Origin: a bacterium
GTDB lineage: Bacteria > Arandabacterota > Arandabacteria > Arandabacterales > JALGWA01
NCBI GenBank assembly: GCA_050125095.1
Contig: JASFEA010000031.1
Coordinates: forward strand, 1 to 23,863
Reading direction: 5' to 3'
DNA: 23,863 nucleotides
In this document: one piece after another, positions 1-7,385 of the stretch
Numbering within the stretch: position 1 is the stretch's first letter
Layout: every line of letters begins with the position of its first letter
The notes under the pieces: generated by a model
What the model saw: the letters and a program-made list of their open reading frames with translations, nothing else
Told to the model about the DNA's origin: nothing
Databases searched by the model: none
Program-made: the position numbers and the translations under genes

Positions 1-1068
1 CGCTCGGGCTACACGAGCATAACCCTGACCGAAGCGCACGACTATGTCGCGGGAAAGACACGCCTCCCCCCCAAGGCCATCGTCATCACCTTCGACGACG
101 GCTATCTGGACAACTGGGTATACGCATTCCCCATCCTGAAGAAGTATGGAATGCGCGGGACCGTCTTCATATCCACCGACTTCATCGACCGGAGCGAGAA
201 GATAAGGCCCAATGCCGAAGACGTTCGCGAAGGCCGGGCGGCCGTGGGGGACCTGGACTGCCGCGGATTCCTTTCCGTGCCCGAGATGCAACGAATGGTC
301 AACTCCCAGCTTATGGAGATACAGGCCCACTGCAAGACTCATACGTGGTACTTCAGTTCGGCCAACATAGTGGACTTCAACCACCCGGAAGCCAAATACC
401 CCTGGCTGGGGTGGAATGCGCGCGCCGACCGTAAACCTATGTATATGGCCGAGGACCAGTCCCAGTTCGTGCCATGGGGAAGCCCCGTGTACGAATACGG
501 GGAGGCGCTGGTCTCGAGGCGCTATTTTCCCGATCCCCGGGTTGAGGCGGAACTGGCGGAACTCGTCAGGAACCGGGGCGGGCGGGACTTTTTTCAGAGC
601 GCCGACTGGAGGACCATACTCCAGGAGGAAGCGAAGGCTATTGCGGCCGGAGGGCTGGACGACAGGTTTGAGACCGAGGAAGAGAGGCTCACGCGCCTGC
701 GAGAGGAGATCCCGCTGGCCAGGCAGGAAATCGCCGATCTCATCGACCGCCCGGTGGACTTCCTCTGCTGGCCGAACGGCCAGTACGACGATATCTGCTT
801 GCAGATGGCGCGGGAGGCCGGCTTCAAGGCCTGGACAATCAGAAAGGCCGACCGCGATTGCCGCCTCAATGTGCCCGGAGAGCCGCCCGAGTGGATACGC
901 CGCATGGACGTGGGACCCTACTGGATGCTGAAGGGCCGGAATGTAGGCGATTATGACGGCGAGTTCCTGAAGCGCAATATCGCCCATTACAAGGGCCTGC
1001 CCCTGGCGGGCTTCAGGCTGAGGTGGTATAAGCTGGAGAAGTACGTCGCGACCCTGTTCCAGGGCTGA
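1..1068 (+). CDS. Polysaccharide deacetylase (CE4/NodB), 5'-truncated by the window edge
   Basis: Frame 1 is open from base 1 (RSGYTSITLTEAHDYVAGKTRLPPKAIVITFDDGYLDNWVYAFPILKKYGMRG), so the 151 start in the ORF track is internal. Contains TFDDGY motif 1, H-x3-H (AHCKTH) and WPNG. Stop TGA at 1066-1068. Confidence 0.92.
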   Translation, partial: RSGYTSITLTEAHDYVAGKTRLPPKAIVITFDDGYLDNWVYAFPILKKYGMRGTVFISTDFIDRSEKIRPNAEDVREGRAAVGDLDCRGFLSVPEMQRMVNSQLMEIQAHCKTHTWYFSSANIVDFNHPEAKYPWLGWNARADRKPMYMAEDQSQFVPWGSPVYEYGEALVSRRYFPDPRVEAELAELVRNRGGRDFFQSADWRTILQEEAKAIAAGGLDDRFETEEERLTRLREEIPLARQEIADLIDRPVDFLCWPNGQYDDICLQMAREAGFKAWTIRKADRDCRLNVPGEPPEWIRRMDVGPYWMLKGRNVGDYDGEFLKRNIAHYKGLPLAGFRLRWYKLEKYVATLFQG

Positions 1069-1112
1069 CGGCCCCTGCGGGGCTCGAAATCCAGGGCCCT
1101 CCCCTCCCCGGG

Positions 1113-1135
1113 TGTGCATTTTGAGACCTGACCCC
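1113..1135. repeat. Dispersed 23-bp repeat, copy 1 (TGTGCATTTTGAGACCTGACCCC)
   Basis: 22/23 identical to the copies at 7379-7401 and 7410-7432, same orientation, intergenic. Confidence 0.9.
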
Positions 1136-1157
1136 ACCATCCGGCCCCATTCTCACT

Positions 1158-1177
1158 CTTTGGCAAAATTGCTAAAG
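1158..1177. promoter_or_regulatory. Imperfect palindrome, candidate operator upstream of the pilin-like operon
   Basis: CTTTGGCAAAATTGCTAAAG: 9-bp arms with one mismatch, AT-rich, about 80 bp upstream of ATG 1258. Confidence 0.35.
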
Positions 1178-1257
1178 GCTCGCATTTTACGGACGATATT
1201 GACCATGTAGCAGGTACACATGTGCTCAGAGATACCTTAAAGAAGGGGGCGTGTATC

Positions 1258-1746
1258 ATGAAGGCACATCAGATTGCCCTTGCAGCCGGTGTGTTGGTGT
1301 TGCTGGCGCTCGGATCCGCGCTGGCGGCGAATACCGACAACCAGACCGTTACGCTGCAGGTCACCGCGATCAACGAGATCGCCGTCAGCGGCGATCCCGC
1401 TGCGCTCATCGTTAACACGGCCACTGCCGGCGCCCAGCCGGACACGGCCACCGACAACAGCACCGACTACGACATCACCACCAACGAGTCCAACAAGCGC
1501 ATAACCGGCGCCGTGGACGTGGCTGTTCCGGCGAATACGGAATTGTACATATTCCTGGTTGCGCCCACAGGCGCCGCCAGCGCGGGTGACGTCCAGTTGA
1601 CAACGACGGCGGCCGATCTCGTGACAGGCATAACAACTCTGGCCGAGAGCAACAATACCATAACCTATAAATACTACGCTTCGATAGCGGCGGGCATTGT
1701 AGCCTCAACTACGAGGACGGTGACCTTGACGCTGACCGATCCCTAG
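1258..1746 (+). CDS. Secreted pilin-like protein, putative major subunit (162 aa)
   Basis: SD-like AAGGGGG before ATG 1258. Sec signal peptide ending ALA|A. Thr/Ala-rich, predicted all-beta, no Cys. N-terminal alternating strand QTVTLQV and C-terminal strand RTVTLTLTDP. Confidence 0.7.
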   Translation: MKAHQIALAAGVLVLLALGSALAANTDNQTVTLQVTAINEIAVSGDPAALIVNTATAGAQPDTATDNSTDYDITTNESNKRITGAVDVAVPANTELYIFLVAPTGAASAGDVQLTTTAADLVTGITTLAESNNTITYKYYASIAAGIVASTTRTVTLTLTDP

Positions 1747-1747
1747 A

Positions 1748-1790
1748 GAGACGCCAGGGACCAGGTGTCTCCCCCGGGAGCAAGCTCCGG
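1748..1790 (+). other. Intergenic stem-loops after the first pilin-like gene (possible mRNA-stabilising or attenuating structure)
   Basis: GAGACGCC(1748-1755)-8 nt-GGTGTCTC(1764-1771) with one G:U pair, then a weaker CCGGGAGC-AA-GCTCCGG hairpin. No strong U-tract. Confidence 0.4.
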
Positions 1791-1820
1791 CTTGTGATGT
1801 CCGGGGCTTTAGAGGGAGCG

Positions 1821-2297
1821 ATGAAGAACTCACGGAAGATGAAAGCGTGTATTGCGGTCGCATTATATCTTTTTATCCCGCTCTTCGCTTCTGCCGGCGA
1901 TATAGTAGCCACAGGCGGTTGGAGCCTCACAGTGGATTCGGCCGATCTCACCTCGGGCGCGGGCAGCGACCTCGCCTCTACTTATGAAAGCGCGGCCAGC
2001 GCGACCGATCTCGCAATAACTGCAACCGCCGACTACCGGGTGGACATAAGACGAACCGACGGCACCTGGGACGGCGACTTCACTATATCGGCCAAGCGCA
2101 CGCAGAACGGATCGGGATCGGGCTCAATCTCCGGAGGGACGACTTACCTCGCCATAACGACCACCGATGCGGAGTTCTTCACGGGCAACAGCGATAGGAC
2201 GGGCGTGAAGGTGCAATACCAGCTGGAAGGCGTGTCGGTCACAATATCTCCGGACACTTACTCGTCAACGGTAACTTATACAATAGTGGATCTCTGA
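1821..2297 (+). CDS. Secreted pilin-like protein, putative minor/tip subunit (about 158 aa)
   Basis: GAGGGAG just before ATG 1821 (ATG 1839 is an alternative start). Signal peptide ending ASA|G. Ser/Thr/Gly-rich beta protein. C-terminus PDTYSSTVTYTIVDL parallels that of the upstream gene. Confidence 0.68.
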   Translation: MKNSRKMKACIAVALYLFIPLFASAGDIVATGGWSLTVDSADLTSGAGSDLASTYESAASATDLAITATADYRVDIRRTDGTWDGDFTISAKRTQNGSGSGSISGGTTYLAITTTDAEFFTGNSDRTGVKVQYQLEGVSVTISPDTYSSTVTYTIVDL

Positions 2298-2314
2298 CAA
2301 CGGGGGTAGGGCAG

Positions 2315-3121
2315 TTGAGAAGGACCTTGACTCTGGCAATCCTGATGATCTTAACAGCAGGAACAGCCGACGCGGGCCTGGCGGTAGTCGGCGGGCTGTC
2401 ACAAATCGCCGCCGGGCAACCCGGGCAGGAAATAGAGCATGAGATAGTGCTCCGCAACAGCGACGACACCGATGTTCTTGTTCGGATATATCCGACCGAC
2501 TACGCGTTCTTCGCGGACGGCCGATCGGTATACGGCGAGCCCGGGACTATGAAGCGGTCCAACGCGCGGTGGTTCACGTTAAGCGCGGAGTGGATAACGG
2601 TTCCCGCGCGCAGCGAAGCGGCCGTCTATTACAGGGGCAGGCTCCCCGCCGGCGAGGCATTGAGCGGTACATACTGGAGCATACTCATGGTAGAGCCGCT
2701 GGGACCGCCGGAGACCCAGGAGGTCAGGGACCAGATGGGGCGGCCAGGCATAGCAGTGAGCACACAGGTCCGTTACGGCGTTCAGATCATCACCGACGTC
2801 GGCGATACCGGCGCGCCGGACCTGCGCTTCCTCGACCGCCGCCTGCTCGGCGACAACGGGAACACCGTGCTGCAGCTCGACGTAGAGAATGCAGGCGACA
2901 AGTGGGTCTATCCATACACCTGGGTGGAGCTTTATGACGAGACGGGCGGTTTCGTCGGCCGTTTCGAAGGCAGCCAGAAGCGCATTTTCCCGGGCTGCTC
3001 CGTGCGGCATAAGTTCGATCTCTCCGAAGTGGCCGGCGGCAAATACACGGCCCTGGTCATAATCGATAATAAGGACGAGTTTGTCTTTGGAGCGCAGTAC
3101 AGCCTGGATATCGAATCGTGA
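2315..3121 (+). CDS. Secreted two-domain Ig-like protein, putative pilus chaperone (PapD/EcpB/DUF916-like architecture)
   Basis: TTG start after GGGGGTAGG. Signal peptide ending ADA|G. Domain 1 has IVLRN, GTYWSILMVEP and VRYGVQII. Domain 2 has LDVENAG, RIFPG and GKYTALV. 268 aa. Confidence 0.65.
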   Translation: MRRTLTLAILMILTAGTADAGLAVVGGLSQIAAGQPGQEIEHEIVLRNSDDTDVLVRIYPTDYAFFADGRSVYGEPGTMKRSNARWFTLSAEWITVPARSEAAVYYRGRLPAGEALSGTYWSILMVEPLGPPETQEVRDQMGRPGIAVSTQVRYGVQIITDVGDTGAPDLRFLDRRLLGDNGNTVLQLDVENAGDKWVYPYTWVELYDETGGFVGRFEGSQKRIFPGCSVRHKFDLSEVAGGKYTALVIIDNKDEFVFGAQYSLDIES

Positions 3122-6100
3122 GAAAACCGGCGGTCGGCAAAATCATTGTCTCATGCTTCATGGCGCTGTGTGCCCTTAGCAGCGGCTCACACGCCGCCTC
3201 GGCGTGGACTTCGGCCGGCGCATATGCAAACGTCATCCCCGCCCCGCTGCTCTTTGCCATGTCTGTGGACACTGTCTTTGTCTTCGGGGGGCCGGAAGCC
3301 CGGAGCCCGGCGCTCCCGTATGCCGTTGCCCCCCCGCCGGCTGCGCCGAACGTGGCGACTTCCGCGGGCGCGGCGGACCAAAAAGGCGGGATTTCGGCGC
3401 CTGAGACGGTCACCGGCCGGCCCCCGGGAGAATCGAAAATCGTACCAGCCCCGGGCCGTACCGGCGACGGCGGCGTTGCGGTAACGCTCTCGCTGTCCGC
3501 ACTTCTTGAAGCCGAGCCCGGGAAGATAATCACGGCCAGGTTCATGGTTAATAATGAAACCACCGAGGAGAAGCGCCTGCGCGAGACGGTGGCATATCCG
3601 CGGGGCTGGGCCAGAGTGGCGTCAGCAGAACCGGACTTCACGCTCGGGGCGGGCGGCGCTGTCGTGAGATTGGTCACTTTTCATATACCCCCCGACTACC
3701 CGGCCGGGGTATATAACATGCAGTACGAGGTGATGGATCCCGCTGCGCCACATGTGCGCGGCGCGACTGATTTCAGCGTCACCGTGCTGCCGCAGCTGGA
3801 CCTGCGTTCGAAGGTCCTGACTGCACCAAGGACCGTTGTGGCCGGCGGAGAATTCTCGGTTCTCATAAAGCTGCTGAACTCGGGGAACACCAGGGCGGCT
3901 GTCCGCATAAAGGCCACCGTCCGCCCCGACTATGACTTCAGCGTCGATCCCGGTGATCTCCTTATACCGTCCGGCGAGAGCAGGACGGTGAGGGTGCGGG
4001 TGAAAACGGACAAGCGCCTCCCCCATAAGACCATGTGCATGGTAATCCTCAAGGCCGCGACCGAAGACGAAATCGGTCAGACGTCCACCATAGAAGAAGC
4101 GGTTACAGTGGATGTCATCCCGCGGGTTACAAGGCTCACCGACCCGTACTACCGCCTGCCGTCCTGGATCAGACTGACGGCCGCTGCGGACCGCAATTCG
4201 GCCGGGGGCCAGATCGAAATATCAGGCTCGGGGGCGGTCGCCGGAGATACAGATAGGACATTGAGCTACGTCGTCAGGCAGGCGAGCACGCCGGCCGTCG
4301 GGCGATTCGCAAGCTGGAACGAGTACTATGTGAATTACAGAGGGCGCCATCTTGAGATAAACCTGGGCGACAGGGTTTTCTCTCTCTCGCCTCTGGTCCA
4401 GAGGTTCTATTACGGCGAGGGGGCGGGCGCGGATCTTCGGGCGTATAACGTGGCGCTGGGCGGATACTACGCCAGGAGCCGTTCGGAACACCCGCGGCAT
4501 CGCGAAGCCGGGGGCTATATCTCTTTTCTGATAAGGCCGGGCCTCAGCGTTAAGGCCAATGTGCTTGAGAAAGACGACGCCTCATACGCCGAGACAGCCA
4601 GGTCGAAGCACCGGATTGCCAGTCTTCAGGGAAACTACGCTCCCGTCCCCAACGCGAGATTCGAGCTGGAGTACGGGGTCGATGCCGAGGAGGCACCGGG
4701 CAATTACGGTTACAGGTTTGCGGCCAACGGGGTTTTGCGGAACAAGCTCTTCTTCTCGCTGGAGAAGGTCCACGCCGGGCCCGCGTTTTACGGGTACACT
4801 ACCGATACCGACTTCATGCTCGGCACGTTTCAATTCCCGGTTCAGCCGGGCCTGACTCTCAGGCTGTCATACCGCTCGTATGACAATAATCTCGAACTCG
4901 ACCCGCTCAAGCTTACCGCGAGCAGAGAAAGACATGTGACCGCAGGAGTCTCCTATATAGCCACCGTGCGGACGCGGCTGAATCTGGACTTCCAGGACTT
5001 CCAGAGATGGGACGGTTTTGCCGCGCCGGGGTTCGACTTCGGGGAGAAAACGCTGCGAGCCTCAGTGGACTATTCGCTGCCTTACCTCTCACTTTACCTG
5101 TCGGGGGAACATGGATACTCCCAGAATGATATGACCGACACCCGCACCAGTCTCGGCCGCTACTCGCTCTCGGCGTCAATCAGGCCGGGAGCGAGGCACT
5201 CATACAGCATTTACGCCGGATATGGACACAGCAAATACTCCGAGAGCCCGCGTAAGTCCGGTGACCTTGGAATGTCGGCGAGGTGGCATCTCACCAAGGA
5301 CCTCGACATGAACCTGAATTACCACATGAGCGGGGCCCCTTCGCTGGTTGAGAACACATACCGCATTCTCACTTACTCTCTCTACTACCTGCTGCCGAAC
5401 CGCCATATGGTCACAATGAAGACCAGTGTCTGGGGCGGCAAGGGGAGCCAAGGGACCGACTCGTCCGTGCTGCTGTCCTACTCCATTCCGGCGCCCATCC
5501 CCATGGGCAGAAAGAAGACGGTGGGTACCGTGAAGGGGCGGGTATACGACGCCGAAGACCCGCGCAGGCCCGGTCTGGCCAATGCGATAATAACCGCCGA
5601 CGGCGTCGCGGCCGTTTCAAACGCAAGGGGCGAATTCGAGTTTCCATCGCTGGAGCCGGGAACATACTCGCTCCAGGTCGACGCCAAGTCCATCGGCCTA
5701 GGCCGCGTTACTGAGGCCAAGTCGCCCTTCGTCGTTGTTGTGGAGGGCGGTCGCACTGCCCGTATCGATGTCGGCGTGGTCCGCTCCTGCTCAATCAGGG
5801 GCGAAGTACTCATGTTCGACCTCGAACCGGACGGCGATGGGGCCGAGGTCGAGACGGGGTCTCTTGAAACCGGCGAGCCGGCCGGTGAGGCCGGGCCAAT
5901 GCTCGTCGGGCTGGGAAAAGGAAGGGACCTTCCGCACGGTGCACACGGGCTCCCCGACGTCCTTGTAGAGATAACAAACGGCGAGTACTACCTGACGCAG
6001 TACACCGCCTCGGGCGGCCGGTTTGATTTCACGGGCCTGCGCCCGGGCCACTGGACGGTCAGGGTCTATCCGGAAGGCCTGCCCCACTACTACTTCCTGG

Positions 6101-6225
6101 AAGCGGAAGCGATCGTCGCTGACCTTGCGGCCGGCGATGAGACTCTGATGACATTCCGGATCCTGCCGCGCCAGCGGCGGATCAACATCATGGATGAGGG
6201 CGAGATCAAGCAGGAAGGCCGCTAG
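3118..6225 (+). CDS. Large exported protein, putative usher-like outer-membrane assembly platform (1035 aa)
   Basis: GTGA overlap with the chaperone stop. Signal peptide, Pro/Ala linker, two Ig-like repeats (MVNNET..PRGW..IPPDYPAGVY; LLNSGN..IPSGESRTV), about 450 aa of Tyr/Gly/Ser-rich amphipathic strands (aa ~346-791), then two carboxypeptidase-regulatory-like beta-sandwiches (GTVKGRVYD..GEFEFPSLEPGTY; SIRGEV..GRFDFTGLRPGHW). Confidence 0.62.
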   Translation: MRKPAVGKIIVSCFMALCALSSGSHAASAWTSAGAYANVIPAPLLFAMSVDTVFVFGGPEARSPALPYAVAPPPAAPNVATSAGAADQKGGISAPETVTGRPPGESKIVPAPGRTGDGGVAVTLSLSALLEAEPGKIITARFMVNNETTEEKRLRETVAYPRGWARVASAEPDFTLGAGGAVVRLVTFHIPPDYPAGVYNMQYEVMDPAAPHVRGATDFSVTVLPQLDLRSKVLTAPRTVVAGGEFSVLIKLLNSGNTRAAVRIKATVRPDYDFSVDPGDLLIPSGESRTVRVRVKTDKRLPHKTMCMVILKAATEDEIGQTSTIEEAVTVDVIPRVTRLTDPYYRLPSWIRLTAAADRNSAGGQIEISGSGAVAGDTDRTLSYVVRQASTPAVGRFASWNEYYVNYRGRHLEINLGDRVFSLSPLVQRFYYGEGAGADLRAYNVALGGYYARSRSEHPRHREAGGYISFLIRPGLSVKANVLEKDDASYAETARSKHRIASLQGNYAPVPNARFELEYGVDAEEAPGNYGYRFAANGVLRNKLFFSLEKVHAGPAFYGYTTDTDFMLGTFQFPVQPGLTLRLSYRSYDNNLELDPLKLTASRERHVTAGVSYIATVRTRLNLDFQDFQRWDGFAAPGFDFGEKTLRASVDYSLPYLSLYLSGEHGYSQNDMTDTRTSLGRYSLSASIRPGARHSYSIYAGYGHSKYSESPRKSGDLGMSARWHLTKDLDMNLNYHMSGAPSLVENTYRILTYSLYYLLPNRHMVTMKTSVWGGKGSQGTDSSVLLSYSIPAPIPMGRKKTVGTVKGRVYDAEDPRRPGLANAIITADGVAAVSNARGEFEFPSLEPGTYSLQVDAKSIGLGRVTEAKSPFVVVVEGGRTARIDVGVVRSCSIRGEVLMFDLEPDGDGAEVETGSLETGEPAGEAGPMLVGLGKGRDLPHGAHGLPDVLVEITNGEYYLTQYTASGGRFDFTGLRPGHWTVRVYPEGLPHYYFLEAEAIVADLAAGDETLMTFRILPRQRRINIMDEGEIKQEGR

Positions 6226-6269
6226 GGCCGGCAGGCCAGGCGGCATATGTTCAGGAAGAGAAAATAGAC

Positions 6270-6345
6270 TGGAGGCGGCACCCGGATTCGAACCGGGGAA
6301 TAACGGTTTTGCAGACCGTCGCCTTAGCCACTTGGCTATGCCGCC
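6270..6345 (-). tRNA. tRNA-Cys (GCA)
   Basis: Reverse complement GGCGGCATAGCCAAGTGGCTAAGGCGACGGTCT-GCA-AAACCGTTATTCCCCGGTTCGAATCCGGGTGCCGCCTCCA. Full cloverleaf, U73 discriminator, encoded CCA. Confidence 0.98.
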
Positions 6346-6359
6346 CCTTTTATATCTAG

Positions 6360-6388
6360 ATGATATATAATGGGCTTTCTTAGTTCAA
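6360..6388 (-). promoter_or_regulatory. Sigma70-type promoter for tRNA-Cys
   Basis: TTGAAC(6388-6383)-17 bp-TATCAT(6365-6360) in an AT-rich patch just upstream of the tRNA. A GGGCTT/AAGCCC inverted repeat (6372-6392) overlaps it. Confidence 0.65.
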
Positions 6389-6395
6389 GCCCGTA

Positions 6396-7385
6396 TCACT
6401 CAATGTATCCCAGGCCTCTGAGCCTCTCTTCTATCTTCTTCCGGTCGACGTCAGAGTACGCCCCTGCCGCTGCCTCGCCGACGCTTCCGTCCGCTGCCTT
6501 CCTCTCCGCCACGGCCTTCCTCTCGGCCGCCCCCTTCTCAATCACCAGCCAGGGCACTTCCCGGAGAATGGGGCTCTGCGAACCGCCCCGGTGGCTGTAG
6601 CTCCCGTTCTCGCCAAGCCACTCGCCATGGTCTGCCGTAATGACTATGCGCCCGGATAGATATGGCAGAAGCCCTGCGATGTCCTTGAGGACGCGCCTCA
6701 GGTTGTCTTCGTAGGCGGCGCGCAGGCCTGCGTCGCCCCCCGCCCGCCGGGCGGCGTCCATGGGTGACGCGGGAGCCATCCCCAGGTACTGGCGGAGCTT
6801 CCAGGCCGGGTTCTCACCCAGGAGTCCTGTCTTATACGAGATCCTGGTGAGCAGATCGAGGAGCGACCTCTTCCACGCCGGAACGTCCTCGGTCTCGGCC
6901 ACGCCGGCCAGCACCCTCCCGTCCCGTACATCCGGCACCGGGAACCCCCGGGCCTCCAGGTCCAGCCCCAGATAAGGGGCATGCGGCTGGAGATAGTGTA
7001 TAATACAGCGCTTATTTTCGTTCTCGGCTATTGCCCGCCGGGCGGCGGCGCTCACCGTCCCCGGCAGCACCGTGCCCTTCTTCTCATCCCAGCCGTCCGC
7101 CCAGACGTCATACACCCTGCTGAAGTGTTCACTCCCGAGGAAGCCCTTAATACGCGAGAGGCTATTAATATATGGATTGGACGATACATATACGACGTCA
7201 TCATAGACGTCGGGGAAGGAATTGTCCCGCCATTCGACGGTCCCCCCGCCTACAGACAGGGCCTTGCTGAGATCTCCCTCCATGTATTCGGGGTATATCC
7301 TCTCGAAGTAGTCGTACCGGCAGGCGTCGAGAACGATGAGGAAATCCCACTTCTCCTCCATAACGCGGGTCGGGCTGTTGTGCAT
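6396..7385 (-). CDS. Alkaline phosphatase/sulfatase-superfamily protein
   Basis: Motifs WDFLIVLDACRYD, HYLQPH, ITADHGE, YSH, LREVPW and C-terminal ERLRGLGY. No CxPxR; Thr (GGGTVEW) at the likely nucleophile position. Start is either ATG 7385 (inside the repeat) or ATG 7361. Confidence 0.8.
   Translation of the reverse strand: MHNSPTRVMEEKWDFLIVLDACRYDYFERIYPEYMEGDLSKALSVGGGTVEWRDNSFPDVYDDVVYVSSNPYINSLSRIKGFLGSEHFSRVYDVWADGWDEKKGTVLPGTVSAAARRAIAENENKRCIIHYLQPHAPYLGLDLEARGFPVPDVRDGRVLAGVAETEDVPAWKRSLLDLLTRISYKTGLLGENPAWKLRQYLGMAPASPMDAARRAGGDAGLRAAYEDNLRRVLKDIAGLLPYLSGRIVITADHGEWLGENGSYSHRGGSQSPILREVPWLVIEKGAAERKAVAERKAADGSVGEAAAGAYSDVDRKKIEERLRGLGYIE

Noticed and set aside
1071-1083. GCCCC-TGC-GGGGC hairpin as an intrinsic terminator of the first deacetylase
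   Set aside because: 5-bp stem with no U-tract; too weak to call.
1160-1226. Sigma54 promoter (TGGCA..TTGC or GGTAC..GTGC) upstream of the pilin gene
   Set aside because: GG-to-GC spacing is 7 and 9 nt, not the required 10.
6238-6247. AGGCGGCATA echoing the tRNA-Cys acceptor stem as an att-site remnant
   Set aside because: Only 8-9 bp and GC-rich, with no integrase and no matching tRNA fragment at the far side of the fibre operon.
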